A stretch of 59,511 nucleotides of DNA, taken from Bacteroidota bacterium (GTDB lineage Bacteria; Bacteroidota; Bacteroidia; AKYH767-A; OLB10). Each line of letters opens with the position of its first letter. The stretch's first letter is position 1. Shown here in pieces: positions 49,300 to 59,511 of the stretch. The position numbers were made by a program, and so were the translations under genes. The DNA lies in NCBI GenBank assembly GCA_947447155.1, contig CANFIN010000005.1:1-59511 (forward strand). The letters are read 5' to 3'. The notes under the pieces were generated by a model. That model was not told where the DNA came from. It saw nothing but the letters and a program-made list of their open reading frames with translations, and did not search any database.

Positions 49300-50064
49300 T
49301 TATTCGATAAACTTTAAAACTGCCTCCAATAGTTCATGTGGTTTATCAGCTTGCACCCAATGACCTGCGCCTTCAATCGACACAAATTGCAGATTCGAAT
49401 ACCAATTTTTAATCTCAGAGAACCGAGCCTCTTCAATATATCCGGAATTACTTCCTTTTACGAACAAAACAGGAGTGTCAATGATTACAGATGGCCAAGT
49501 AGCGGTTCCGACCTCTTCAATGTGTTCATTAAGCGTTTTAAGATTAAAGCGCCAATCCATTTGCTCAGGTGTTTTCCAATGCAGATTCTTTAATAAAAAC
49601 TGCCTTGTACCATAATCATCAATTGCGTCACTCATGAGTTTCTCGGCTTCAGATCGTCGGGTGATTTTTGACAAATCAATTGACACCAATGTATCAATAA
49701 TTTCACGATGATGAACTGGATATTGATAAGGCGCAATATCAATTACAATTGCTTTGCTAACCAAATTGGCGTAAGAGTTTATTAAAGTCAATGCCATTTT
49801 ACCTCCCATCGAATGACCAATTACTACAGGTTGCTGTAGATTCAAGTCGGCAATTAATTCTGCAACATCAGCAGCCATTGAGGTATAGTCATGTACTTCA
49901 TCATGTGGCGACAATCCATGATTTCGCAAATCGGCAGTTATCACTTGATAACCTTTTTCAGCCAGCATGCGAGCAAAACTTTGCCAGTTATCGCTCATGC
50001 CAAATAGCCCATGAAAAATTAAAACTGGCCGACCCTCGCCATAAACTCTGTAACTAAGTTTCAT
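49300..50064 (-). CDS. Alpha/beta hydrolase (YbfF/ABHD11-like esterase)
   Basis: HGLFGMSDNW, DLRNHGLSPH, GHSMGGK, DIAP, FLLKNL, AGHWVQA. Confidence 0.92.
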   Translation of the reverse strand: MKLSYRVYGEGRPVLIFHGLFGMSDNWQSFARMLAEKGYQVITADLRNHGLSPHDEVHDYTSMAADVAELIADLNLQQPVVIGHSMGGKMALTLINSYANLVSKAIVIDIAPYQYPVHHREIIDTLVSIDLSKITRRSEAEKLMSDAIDDYGTRQFLLKNLHWKTPEQMDWRFNLKTLNEHIEEVGTATWPSVIIDTPVLFVKGSNSGYIEEARFSEIKNWYSNLQFVSIEGAGHWVQADKPHELLEAVLKFIE

Positions 50065-50145
50065 AATGCCAGCAAAGATGATAATTTTTGACGGATTGCT
50101 TTAAAATCTTACTTGAGTAAATTGATTAAACTCTAAATTTGCTAC

Positions 50146-50607
50146 ATGAATACAATTGTTCGATTTGCCACAGAAAATGACATCCCACACGTGCATGCTT
50201 TAATTAAGGAACTAGCTGAATATGAAAAAGCACCGCAAGAAGTTACTAATACAGTTAATGATATGCTGAAAGATGGCTTTGGTGCTAATCCTATTTACAA
50301 GTGTTTTGTTGCAGAAACTGATGGGGTTGTTTCGGGAATGGCTATTTACTTTGTAAAATATTCTACCTGGAAAGGCAAAGGTGTCTATCTGGATGATATC
50401 GTTGTAACGCAATCGATGAGAAGGCTTGGAATTGGAAAACTTTTATTTGATGCAGTTATGAAGGATGCACATGATATAGGTGCGAAACAACTTCATTGGC
50501 AAGTATTAGATTGGAACGAGCCCGCAATAGAATTTTATAAAAAATACAATGCCGATTTAGATAGTGAATGGATCAATTGCAAACTTACTGAACAACAACT
50601 CGCATGA
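50146..50607 (+). CDS. GNAT N-acetyltransferase (diamine/spermidine acetyltransferase-like)
   Basis: LIKELAEYEK, YSTWKGK.VYLDDI, RRLGIG, WQVLDWNEPAI.FY. Leaderless -7 TAAATTTG at 50134-50141. Confidence 0.9.
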   Translation: MNTIVRFATENDIPHVHALIKELAEYEKAPQEVTNTVNDMLKDGFGANPIYKCFVAETDGVVSGMAIYFVKYSTWKGKGVYLDDIVVTQSMRRLGIGKLLFDAVMKDAHDIGAKQLHWQVLDWNEPAIEFYKKYNADLDSEWINCKLTEQQLA

Positions 50608-51872
50608 AGGTATTTAAATTCGGAGGAGCGTCTGTAAAAGATGCAGCGGCAGTAAAAAATGCAGGAGAAATTTTAAAGCTGCATTCATCAGATAAGCTCA
50701 TAGTTGTTATTTCCGCCATGGGCAAAGTAACAAATGCACTTGAGAGAATTGTAGACGCACATGTTTATCAAACTGGCGAAGCGCAATCGCAATTGGAAGC
50801 TTTAAAAAATTATCATTTACAAATTACTAGTGAATTGTTTTCTGATCCTAAACATGAAGTAAATAACAAAATCAATAATTATTTTGTAGAAATAGAATGG
50901 GTTTTAGAAGAGCCTCCTCGCGAATATGATTTTGTTTATGACCAAATTGTTTCTTTTGGAGAACTTTTATCAACGACCATTGTAAGCACCTGGTTAAACG
51001 GCAATGGATTGATAAATCAATGGATGGATGTGCGTGATTGTTTAATTACTGATAACACCTATCGAGAAGGAAAAATTGAATGGGAAGTGAGTACAGGATT
51101 ATTCCAGTCAAGAATAAAAGAATTGTTTAATCAATCGAATATAATTATCACACAAGGATTCATAGGAAGTACAACAGAAAATTTTTCTACAACATTAGGA
51201 CGAGAGGGCTCTGACTATTCAGCAGCAATCATCGCTCATATAATGAATGCAGAATCAGTAACTATTTGGAAGGATGTCCCTGGCGTATTAAATGCAGATC
51301 CAAAACATTTTTCGGATGCACAAAAACTAATTCAGTTAAGCTATCAAGATGCTATTGAATTAGCCTATTATGGTGCTTCTGTTATTCATCCTAAAACAAT
51401 TAAGCCTCTCGAAAATAAAAATATTCCTTTGCATGTTAAATCTTTCTTAGATCCGAATAGTAAAGGGACAATGATTGGAAAAGATTTAGAAACGAAGCCA
51501 TTAATTCCTTCTTTTATTTTTAAATCAAATCAGGTACTAATTAGTATTTCAGCAAAGGACTTCTCCTTTATTGCTGAAGAAAATCTAAGTGAAATCTTCT
51601 CTGATTTTGCTTTGGCAGGAATAAAATTAAACCTAATGCAAAACTCTGCTATCAGTTTTTCTGTTTGTATTGATGATTCCCCTAAAATGGAATTATTGAT
51701 TGAAAAATTAAAAGTGAAATATAAAGTAAAATATAATTCAGGGTTGCAACTTTATACAATTCGCCACTATTATCCTTCAACCATCGAAGCATTAACCGTT
51801 GGAAAAGAAATATTGTTGGAACAAAGGAGTCGTACCACCGCACAATTAATAACCAAAGACCTGCCTAAATGA
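50604..51872 (+). CDS. lysC: Aspartate kinase
   Basis: VFKFGGASV, VVISAMGKVTN, TTLGREGSDYSA, IWKDVPGVLNADP, ELAYYGASVIHPKT. Confidence 0.93.
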   Translation: MKVFKFGGASVKDAAAVKNAGEILKLHSSDKLIVVISAMGKVTNALERIVDAHVYQTGEAQSQLEALKNYHLQITSELFSDPKHEVNNKINNYFVEIEWVLEEPPREYDFVYDQIVSFGELLSTTIVSTWLNGNGLINQWMDVRDCLITDNTYREGKIEWEVSTGLFQSRIKELFNQSNIIITQGFIGSTTENFSTTLGREGSDYSAAIIAHIMNAESVTIWKDVPGVLNADPKHFSDAQKLIQLSYQDAIELAYYGASVIHPKTIKPLENKNIPLHVKSFLDPNSKGTMIGKDLETKPLIPSFIFKSNQVLISISAKDFSFIAEENLSEIFSDFALAGIKLNLMQNSAISFSVCIDDSPKMELLIEKLKVKYKVKYNSGLQLYTIRHYYPSTIEALTVGKEILLEQRSRTTAQLITKDLPK

Positions 51873-52963
51873 AAGACCCGTTAATAGAAAAAAGACCAGC
51901 CAATAAAAGCAGTTTAATTATATGGTTGTTTGTTGGATGTTTCATGATATTTGCCATGGTAGTGGTAGGTGGAATTACAAGACTAACTGGCTCAGGACTA
52001 TCAATTACTGAATGGAAAGTTGTAACTGGCGTTATTCCTCCACTTAACCAAGCAGAATGGGAAAGCGAATTTTTTAAGTACCAGCAAATTCCTCAGTTTC
52101 AATTAATCAATTCTAATTTTACTTTAGAAGATTTTAAGTTTATTTACTTCTGGGAGTATATTCATCGTTTGATTGGCAGAACAATCGGATTGGTTTTTCT
52201 TTATGGTTTGTTTACTTATTACATGCGCGGTGTAATTTCAAAAGAACTCATGCCGCGATTATTATTCATGTTTGTCCTTGGTGGTATACAAGGTTTTTTA
52301 GGTTGGTATATGGTGAGCAGTGGACTAACCGAAAATGTGAGAGTAAGTCATATCAGACTAGCCATCCATTTAACATTTGCATTTATCACTTTCGGATACA
52401 TTTTTTGGGTTGCACTAACGCAGCTTTTTCCAGTTAAAAACACTAACACGTACGCCTATACACGTTACAAAAAATATGGCTGGACAATTTTGTCGCTCGT
52501 TTTACTACAAATTATTTATGGTGCTTTTGTGGCCGGAACGAAAGCAGGATTAGTTTATACTACATGGCCAATGATGGAAGGAGAATGGGTTCCGGAATCA
52601 ATGACCTATATGCTTCAGAAAGAAGGATTGAAAAGCTTAATTAACAATATGGCAAGCGTGCAGTTTATACATCGCATGATAGCGTATCTTATTGCTATAG
52701 CAATTACAGTATTAATTGTTAAAGTCTGGAAAGATAAACAGCTCTCTTCAAAGCAAAAGCAAAATGCATATTTACTCGGTGGCTTAGTCGTGGTGCAAAT
52801 TATTTTGGGTATCTATACATTATTGAATAGTGTCCCTGTTGCATTAGGAGTAATTCATCAGGCGGTTGCATTCTTCGTATTTGCAGCAACTATTTATTTT
52901 ATTTATCGATTGGCTTATGCCTCAATGAGAGAGAAAGTGGTTTTTGTTGAAGACGAAGAATAA
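51869..52963 (+). CDS. ctaA: Heme A synthase, COX15/CtaA family
   Basis: VGGITRLTGSGLSITEW, FWEYIHRLIGR, QGFLGWYMVSSGL, GAFVAG, QFIHR, HQ. Confidence 0.93.
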   Translation: MKDPLIEKRPANKSSLIIWLFVGCFMIFAMVVVGGITRLTGSGLSITEWKVVTGVIPPLNQAEWESEFFKYQQIPQFQLINSNFTLEDFKFIYFWEYIHRLIGRTIGLVFLYGLFTYYMRGVISKELMPRLLFMFVLGGIQGFLGWYMVSSGLTENVRVSHIRLAIHLTFAFITFGYIFWVALTQLFPVKNTNTYAYTRYKKYGWTILSLVLLQIIYGAFVAGTKAGLVYTTWPMMEGEWVPESMTYMLQKEGLKSLINNMASVQFIHRMIAYLIAIAITVLIVKVWKDKQLSSKQKQNAYLLGGLVVVQIILGIYTLLNSVPVALGVIHQAVAFFVFAATIYFIYRLAYASMREKVVFVEDEE

Positions 52964-52968
52964 ACAAC

Positions 52969-53577
52969 ATGCAACCAGAAGATTTAAATAAAAACGGATA
53001 TCAATTATTTGAACAATTACGTCATAGCGAAATTGGCCTTTTTATTAGACCTTATTTATTTAAAAAAAATCGTGCGATTTACTTTTACTGGATTTTTAAT
53101 TTTTTAGTTTGGGCTGGAATAATTATAAGCATATTCACTTGTTCTATTAGTCTTGTTAAATCATTTGATTTTTTTGCATTAGGCATTTTGGGGATGCTCC
53201 CATTAATTCCAATTCATGAATTGATTCATGGATTGTTTTATAAGTTAGCTGGCGCACCATCTGTTCAATACAAAGCCAATTTCAAAAAATTTATTTTCTA
53301 TGCAATGGCCGATAAATTTATTACTGATCAAAAAAACTTTGTTCGATTAGCATTAGCTCCTTTTATTATTATAAATTCAATCCTGATAATTTCAATCTTT
53401 TTATGTACGGGAATAATATCATTCCTACTAGCAGGAATTCTTTTTATACATACTGCTGGGTGCGCAGGAGATTTTGCATTGGTGAGCTACTTCATCGAAA
53501 ATGATGGAAGAAACCTTGTTACCTATGACGATGTATCTAAAGGAGAGTCCTATTTTTATAAAAAGACTGCTTATTAG
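52969..53577 (+). CDS. DUF3267-like membrane zincin metalloprotease
   Basis: IHELIHG (HExxH) between TM helices; ALAPF; GCAGDF. Confidence 0.78.
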   Translation: MQPEDLNKNGYQLFEQLRHSEIGLFIRPYLFKKNRAIYFYWIFNFLVWAGIIISIFTCSISLVKSFDFFALGILGMLPLIPIHELIHGLFYKLAGAPSVQYKANFKKFIFYAMADKFITDQKNFVRLALAPFIIINSILIISIFLCTGIISFLLAGILFIHTAGCAGDFALVSYFIENDGRNLVTYDDVSKGESYFYKKTAY

Positions 53578-53636
53578 CAATAGTTTACCATTTTCATTCT
53601 TATTTTTTTTAATTTCGGACTTCATTCTATTATCTT

Positions 53637-55682
53637 ATGAAGAAGTTAATTATCTTATTATTTTTATTTTGCTTTAAATTTATTTCTGTTGATGCTCAAC
53701 TGTTAGAGCCAGTAAAATGGAGTTATAAAGTTGAACAAAAGGGACAAGAAGCAACATTAGTTTTTAAGGCTACAGTTGATAAAGGATGGCATGTGTATTC
53801 ACAATTTATTCCTGATGGCGGACCTATTCCAACTTCATTCACATTTACGCCCGATAAAAATTATACATTAGTTGGGAAAGTAACTGAGCCCAAAGGCGAA
53901 GAAATTTTTGATTCCAATTTTGAAATCAAATTAAAGTTCTTCGAAAAAGTTGCTGAATTCAGACAAAAAATCAAACTTACTTCTAACAAAGCATTTAAAC
54001 TTAAAGGTGTAGTTGAATCGATGGCTTGCAACGACAGAAACTGTACACCTCCTAATGCAGTTGACTTTGAATTTTCTATTGCTGGCGAAGCTTCTACAGA
54101 GGCAGTAACTCCTGAAGCATCTACATCAACATCTGAAATTGATATTGTCAACACTTCTACTACCGCAACAACAGAATCAATCGCAACAAATTCTAAAATA
54201 CCACTTCCTTCAAGCGATATAACAAAATTAGAACCTGCGTGTAATAACGGTGGTTCTACTCAGGCAGAAGATAAGAGTTACTGGGGAATATTTTTAGCAG
54301 GTATGATTGGAGGATTCTTAGCTTTATTAACTCCATGCGTCTTTCCAATGATTCCAATGACAGTAAGCTTCTTTACCAAGAGAAGTCCTACACGCGCAAA
54401 GGGTATACGCAATGCCGTTATTTATGCCTTATCGATTATTCTCATTTATGTTACGATTGGATTTTTCGTAACCGTCACACTCGGATCTGATGCATTAAAC
54501 GATTTAGCCAGCAGTGTTTTCTTTAATCTATTATTCTTCGTTATCTTCTTCATTTTTGCCCTTTCTTTCTTAGGAGCATTCGAAATTGTATTACCGAGTT
54601 CATGGGTTAATAAAGCAGATTCCGCATCCGATAAAGGAGGCTTGGCAGGCATCTTCTTTATGGCATTTACACTAAGCCTTGTTTCATTCTCTTGTACCGG
54701 ACCAATTATCGGAACTTTATTAGTGGAAGCAGCGAAAGGCTCCAGTTATTTAGGACCAATTATGGGCATGATAGGCTTCTCTACTGCACTTGCTTTGCCG
54801 TTTGCATTGTTTGCGGCATTCCCTGGATGGTTAAATTCTTTACCTAAATCTGGCGGTTGGTTAAATAGCGTTAAAGTAGTTTTAGGATTTTTAGAATTAG
54901 CCTTGGCATTGAAGTTTTTATCGAATGTTGACTTAGCATACCATTGGGGATTCTTAAAGCGTGAATTATTTATTGCATTATGGATTACTATTTTCGGATT
55001 AATGTCGTTGTATTTATTAGGGAAAATAAAGTTTTCTCACGATAGCGACTTGTCGTTTATTGGAACAACCAGAATTATCTTTGCAATTATCGCTATTGCA
55101 TTTACTTTTTATTTAATTCCAGGATTATGGGGAGCACCTTTACGCTTAATCAGTGGATTTCCTCCTCCTGAATTTTACAAAGAATGGCAACAAAACGAAG
55201 GAGCTGCGCAAGCTGGGAAAGGCGGCGAATCTTGTCCGCATAATTTAAATTGTTATCACGATTACGAAGCGGGAATGGCCTATGCAAAATCAATTGGCAA
55301 ACCTGTTATGATTGATTTTACAGGATGGAGCTGCGTTAATTGTCGTAAGATGGAAGACAATGTATGGTCTCAGGCGAAAGTGCTAAAGCACTTGTCGGAT
55401 GATTACGTTGTTATATCGCTTTATGTTGATGACAAAACTGAATTGCCTGCTAACGAACAATACATAAGTAAGTTCAGCGGAAAGAAAATCAGAACTACAG
55501 GAAATAAATGGAGCGATATGGAAGCTGCGGTTTTAAATAAGAACGTTCAACCTTATTATGTGTTATTAGATAATGAAGGAAAGATGCTAGCTGAACCAAG
55601 AAGCTACACTCCTAGCGTGGATGAATACACGAAGTTTTTAGAAGAGGGTTTGTGTAGGTTTAAAATCAGAAATAACAAGTAA
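53637..55682 (+). CDS. dsbD: Protein-disulfide reductase DsbD family
   Basis: N-domain GWHVYS...MACNDRNCTPP; TM domain LTPCVFPMIP and SFSCTGP; thioredoxin DFTGWSCVNCRKME. Confidence 0.92.
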   Translation: MKKLIILLFLFCFKFISVDAQLLEPVKWSYKVEQKGQEATLVFKATVDKGWHVYSQFIPDGGPIPTSFTFTPDKNYTLVGKVTEPKGEEIFDSNFEIKLKFFEKVAEFRQKIKLTSNKAFKLKGVVESMACNDRNCTPPNAVDFEFSIAGEASTEAVTPEASTSTSEIDIVNTSTTATTESIATNSKIPLPSSDITKLEPACNNGGSTQAEDKSYWGIFLAGMIGGFLALLTPCVFPMIPMTVSFFTKRSPTRAKGIRNAVIYALSIILIYVTIGFFVTVTLGSDALNDLASSVFFNLLFFVIFFIFALSFLGAFEIVLPSSWVNKADSASDKGGLAGIFFMAFTLSLVSFSCTGPIIGTLLVEAAKGSSYLGPIMGMIGFSTALALPFALFAAFPGWLNSLPKSGGWLNSVKVVLGFLELALALKFLSNVDLAYHWGFLKRELFIALWITIFGLMSLYLLGKIKFSHDSDLSFIGTTRIIFAIIAIAFTFYLIPGLWGAPLRLISGFPPPEFYKEWQQNEGAAQAGKGGESCPHNLNCYHDYEAGMAYAKSIGKPVMIDFTGWSCVNCRKMEDNVWSQAKVLKHLSDDYVVISLYVDDKTELPANEQYISKFSGKKIRTTGNKWSDMEAAVLNKNVQPYYVLLDNEGKMLAEPRSYTPSVDEYTKFLEEGLCRFKIRNNK

Positions 55683-55683
55683 C

Positions 55684-55718
55684 AAAAAAACCCTGACGAA
55701 ATCGTCAGGGTTTTTTTT
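55684..55718. terminator. Bidirectional terminator
   Basis: A7-CCCTGACGA-aa-TCGTCAGGG-T8. Confidence 0.9.
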
Positions 55719-55733
55719 AGAGCATAAATTATA

Positions 55734-57395
55734 TTACTTAACTTCAATTGCTTTGTTAGCATATCCATCAGGAGTTAAAACCTTAACTTGATAGATACCT
55801 TTCGACAATCCTGCTAAATCTAATAATGTACTATTTAGAGGTAAACTTAATTCAGTATGATGAACACGTTGACCATTTATTGAATAAACATCTACTTCTT
55901 GCATGTATTTACCTTCTGGTAATTCGATATTAACCTGACCTGTTGTAGGATTTGGATAAAGTGAAAAATTATAGTTCGTTTTTACTTCTTGAATTCCAGT
56001 TGTAAATCCATTTAAACGACCAATATAGGTTGCTATGTTGGTCGGTAAAGAAATAACAGGATTTAATGAACCCAATGTGATTGAACCAAAGAAATTACCC
56101 ATCACATAGCAATAACCAATGTTATCACTAACAATTGTTTTAGGACGATCATCACTCATATTTCCCAGTTTTATTCCCCAAAGGATTCCTCCATTCGGAT
56201 TATACTTAGCAGCAAATCCATCTGCACCACCCATATTTGTCAAATTTACAGATGTTGTAGTAGATGTTAATGTAGCAGTCCCATTACTATAATATCCGCA
56301 CAGATATACATAACCGTTAGCAGCTACTTCCATTCCAGTTGTTATATCATCAGATGCACCGCCCTGGCGGCAAGCCCATTGACAAACACCTGTTGAATTA
56401 TATTTAGCTAAAAACCCATCTGTATAAGTACTTCCACCATTAGATGTTAAAGAAACAGTTCCACCAAAGTTTACAGTTCCTAGAAAATCGCCACTAATGT
56501 AGATATTTCCATTTGCATCATTTCCGATATTTAATGCTTGATCAGTATTAGTAGAGCCAATTCTTTTTGCAAGGTCATATGTTCCAGCGGTAGTTAAGCG
56601 AGTCATAAGGATATCATCTGCAGAACCAGAACCCGTTAAATTAATTGAACCAAAAGATGCCGATGAACCTCTCACCGCTCCTGCAGCATAAACTGCCGTT
56701 GAAGAAGCTGAAACTGAGAAAAAGTAATCCTGATCAGAACCACCACCAGTAGAAGCCCATAAAGCAGTACCAGCTGTATCAAATGCAATTACCATTGCAT
56801 CGCTACTTCCATTATTGCTTGCAGCCAACGTAATTGAACCCGCAGCAAATGACCCCATATAAGCCCCAGCTACGTATACCTTATTTCCATTAATAGCAAT
56901 GGCATTAAAGTCTTGAGTAGTTGCTGAACCAAACGACTTTACCCAAATAACATTTCCATTCGGATCAAGCTTAATAATAAATCCATCTTTATCCCCCGCC
57001 GAGTAATAATTAATTCCATTAATTGTCATAAGGAAGGTATATGAACCCACAATATAAATATTGCCAGCCGCATCTGTACTCATACCACCAATAGATATTG
57101 AGTTAGAAAGTCCGCCAAATCCTTTTGCCCAAACAGGTGTCCCAGACTGATCAAACTTTGTAGCATATAAATCTACAGTTCCAGTTAGTGCTAAATTACT
57201 AGCGCCAAAAGGAGCATTCTGATCAAACTGGCCAGAAACGATTATTCCTCCGGAAGCATCTTTTACAGCACAAACTTTTGATTGATTATCTAATCGTGCG
57301 CCTACTGATTTGGCCCATACCCATGCTGGTGCCTGAGCATTCATTGCATTGGAACACAATAATGCCAATACTAATACAAGTAAATTTTTTTTCAT
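55734..57395 (-). CDS. Secreted SBBP-repeat beta-propeller protein with T9SS CTD
   Basis: Start moved to ATG 57395 (MKKNLLVL... signal peptide). Repeats DAAGNIYIVGSY, DANGNIYISGDF, DGF..K....G...W. CTD LYPNPTTG...GIYQVKV. -7 TATTTTTG at 57441-57448. Confidence 0.87.
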   Translation of the reverse strand: MKKNLLVLVLALLCSNAMNAQAPAWVWAKSVGARLDNQSKVCAVKDASGGIIVSGQFDQNAPFGASNLALTGTVDLYATKFDQSGTPVWAKGFGGLSNSISIGGMSTDAAGNIYIVGSYTFLMTINGINYYSAGDKDGFIIKLDPNGNVIWVKSFGSATTQDFNAIAINGNKVYVAGAYMGSFAAGSITLAASNNGSSDAMVIAFDTAGTALWASTGGGSDQDYFFSVSASSTAVYAAGAVRGSSASFGSINLTGSGSADDILMTRLTTAGTYDLAKRIGSTNTDQALNIGNDANGNIYISGDFLGTVNFGGTVSLTSNGGSTYTDGFLAKYNSTGVCQWACRQGGASDDITTGMEVAANGYVYLCGYYSNGTATLTSTTTSVNLTNMGGADGFAAKYNPNGGILWGIKLGNMSDDRPKTIVSDNIGYCYVMGNFFGSITLGSLNPVISLPTNIATYIGRLNGFTTGIQEVKTNYNFSLYPNPTTGQVNIELPEGKYMQEVDVYSINGQRVHHTELSLPLNSTLLDLAGLSKGIYQVKVLTPDGYANKAIEVK

Positions 57396-57497
57396 ATTAA
57401 CTAAATGTAACGAGTTGTTTGTTTTAAATTTTCTGTAAACCAAAAATAAAAAAATATTGAATAAAACAGGTCCTATTTTTCAATTAAGCCCTATCTT

Positions 57498-58904
57498 TTA
57501 AATATGTATCGCTCTGTTATCCGTTGCTGCTAAGCAAGCTTCTTTAAATGCCTCCGTAAATGTTGGATGCGCATGACTCATACGGGCAATATCCTCGGCC
57601 GATGCTCTGTATTCCATAGCTACAACAGCTTCCGCAATTAAATCAGCACAACGAGGTCCAATCATGTGTACTCCTAAAATTTCATCTGTCTCCTGATCGG
57701 CTAAAACCTTTATGAATCCATCTAAATCCATACTTGCACGCGCTCTACCACTCGCTTTAAATGGAAACACTCCAGACTTATATGCCTTACCCTGTGCTTT
57801 TAATTCTTCTTCTGTATGTCCAACAGCAGCCACTTCAGGCCATGTGTAAACAACTCCCGGAATTAACAGGTAATTGATATGTGGCTTTTGCCCTGCAATT
57901 TGCTCAGCTACATATGTGCCTTCTTCTTCAGCTTTATGCGCTAGCATTGCTCCTTTAACAACATCACCAATTGCATAAATGCCTTTTGCAGCAGTTTGCA
58001 AATGTTCATCAACGATAATTCTTCCACGCTCATCTTTGCTGATGCCAGCATTCTCTAATCCTAAATTCTCTGTGTACGGCGAACGACCAACACATACTAA
58101 GCAATAGTCGCCTGTTAACTCTAACTCTTTACCGTCTTTATTAGCTGTTGCTTTCAACTTCACATTTTTTCCTTTTGCTTCAACACCGCTTACCGCATGT
58201 GATAAATAAAACTCGACTCCCGACTTAGCTAATACCTTTTGCAATTCTTTTCCTAATGATTTATCCATTGTAGGAATGATAGATTCTGCATATTCAACTA
58301 CACTAACCTTTGCGCCTAGCCGTGCATAAACACTTCCTAATTCTAATCCGATTACTCCACCTCCTATGATTAATAAATGCTTAGGAATCTCCTTTAGTTT
58401 TAACGCTTCTGTAGAGGTAATAATGCGTTGCTTATCGACGGTAACGCCTTTTAAATTTGAAGGCTTTGATCCAGTTGCAATAATGGTATTTGCTGATGTG
58501 ATTGTCTCAATACTTCCATCTTCTTTTTTTACAGAAATCGTTTTTGCATCTACAAACGAAGCAAAACCATGAATCACATCTACTTTGTTTTTCTTCATTA
58601 AAAAGCGGATACCTTGTACCGTTTGCGTGATCACATCATCTTTGCGTTGAATCATCTGTGCAAAGTTGATTGACAAACCTTTCAAATCAATACCATGCTC
58701 TTTAAACTGATGTACCGCTTGATGATAATGCTCTGACGAATCCAACAATGCTTTTGAAGGAATACATCCAACATTTAAACAAGTTCCGCCAAGGGAATTA
58801 TATTTTTCAATTAAAGCTGTTTTCTTTCCTAATTGCGCTAAACGAATTGCTGCTACGTAACCACCAGGGCCAGCACCAATTACTACTGCATCATATGAAG
58901 CCAT
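57498..58904 (-). CDS. lpdA: Dihydrolipoyl dehydrogenase
   Basis: GAGPGGYVAA, GGTCLNVGCIPSKALL, IIGGGVIGLE, MLAHKAEEEG, HAHPT..E. -7 TAAATTTG at 58931-58938. Confidence 0.97.
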   Translation of the reverse strand: MASYDAVVIGAGPGGYVAAIRLAQLGKKTALIEKYNSLGGTCLNVGCIPSKALLDSSEHYHQAVHQFKEHGIDLKGLSINFAQMIQRKDDVITQTVQGIRFLMKKNKVDVIHGFASFVDAKTISVKKEDGSIETITSANTIIATGSKPSNLKGVTVDKQRIITSTEALKLKEIPKHLLIIGGGVIGLELGSVYARLGAKVSVVEYAESIIPTMDKSLGKELQKVLAKSGVEFYLSHAVSGVEAKGKNVKLKATANKDGKELELTGDYCLVCVGRSPYTENLGLENAGISKDERGRIIVDEHLQTAAKGIYAIGDVVKGAMLAHKAEEEGTYVAEQIAGQKPHINYLLIPGVVYTWPEVAAVGHTEEELKAQGKAYKSGVFPFKASGRARASMDLDGFIKVLADQETDEILGVHMIGPRCADLIAEAVVAMEYRASAEDIARMSHAHPTFTEAFKEACLAATDNRAIHI

Positions 58905-58986
58905 TTCCGTTTGATTTTATTGATTGCCCGCAAATTTACAAGTAATTCGAATGTAAAAGCAAAGAAAAAGTGATTAAATACCTGCC

Positions 58987-59511
58987 CTATCGCTGCTTAA
59001 AAATACCAATGGGGAAGTAGGAAAGAATGGTTATAATCATTAGTAAGCCAACGATTAAACATGCTATGCGTCCTAAATAATCTCCATGACTTGTATAAAA
59101 TGTTTGTCCGTCATGAATTATTACCTCTTTACGAATGACATCATCTGTCCACCATTTCGTTACATCTGTTAATTCTCCTCTTGAATTGATAAAACAAGAA
59201 ATTCCTGTATTAGCAGAACGAACAATATTCTTACGCGTTTCGATAGCTCGAAGGCGTGCATACTGACAATGCTGCTTATGTCCAGGAGTATTTTCCCACC
59301 AGCCATCGTTAGTCATGATGCAAATTAAATTGGCACCCTGGCGAACATAATCACCTACATATTCGCCATAAATCGACTCGTAACAAATCACAGGTGCGGT
59401 AATTACTCCGTCGCCTATAGGTAAAATTGTAGGCACTTTCTTGCTACCTAAACTACCTGCAGTCCCTCCTAAATCAATCGCGTACTCTTCGAAAAATCCG
59501 AAGAACGCAGG
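58987..59511 (-). CDS. lnt: Apolipoprotein N-acyltransferase, 3' part (5' end beyond the window)
   Basis: Frame open to the window end (IDLGGTAGSLG); ICYESIY, TNDGWW, RLRAIETR, RSANTGIS, TFY..HGD. Confidence 0.92.
   Translation of the reverse strand, partial: PAFFGFFEEYAIDLGGTAGSLGSKKVPTILPIGDGVITAPVICYESIYGEYVGDYVRQGANLICIMTNDGWWENTPGHKQHCQYARLRAIETRKNIVRSANTGISCFINSRGELTDVTKWWTDDVIRKEVIIHDGQTFYTSHGDYLGRIACLIVGLLMIITILSYFPIGIFKQR

Noticed and set aside
51123-51155. TTGTTTAA half-site within lysC (also at 1757)
   Set aside because: No matching TTAAACAA at 16-nt spacing; an expected chance match in AT-rich DNA.
57396-57443. Extended start of the SBBP protein
   Set aside because: It overlaps the -7 promoter box; the signal peptide starts at 57395.
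8654-58945. Numerous 60-113 aa antisense or alternate-frame ORFs inside long genes (e.g. 10257..10562, 14497..14799, 32723..33064, 53861..54154)
   Set aside because: Shadow ORFs of well-supported genes, with no motifs or independent signals.
1-59511. tRNA, rRNA, prophage or canonical defence operons
   Set aside because: No cloverleaf, rRNA-like, phage structural or recognisable defence-system genes seen; intergenic spaces are short.

Overview
AT-rich chromosomal window from a Bacteroidota bacterium. Evidence: TAnnTTTG -7 promoters, gldH, T9SS C-terminal-domain cargo, a PorU/PorV-like pair and typical Bacteroidota gene order (holB-ricT-gldH; pduO-DUF2795-recQ-kdsD-tatC-lptB). It holds about 50 CDSs, mostly housekeeping or envelope genes. 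I found no rRNA, tRNA, CRISPR array or transposase. Three areas stand out. (1) The first 3.4 kb is an accessory patch. A LamG/T9SS gene is bracketed by GTAG-type REP-like palindromes. It is followed by an AAA ATPase-wHTH-PD-(D/E)xK gene flanked by ~117-bp imperfect direct repeats, each ending in a long perfect inverted repeat; the left one lies over the gene's leaderless promoter. (2) A candidate light-response module (ECF sigma, folE, CarH/LitR-type B12 photoreceptor, TIGR01777, photolyase) has three copies of a TTGTTTAA-N16-TT(A/G)AACAA operator-like dyad in the sigma/folE intergenic region. (3) An operon encodes a PorV-family barrel and a 1675-aa gingipain-like (C25) PorU-like protein next to a T9SS cargo gene. 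All family assignments come from motif recognition by eye; no database searches were run.
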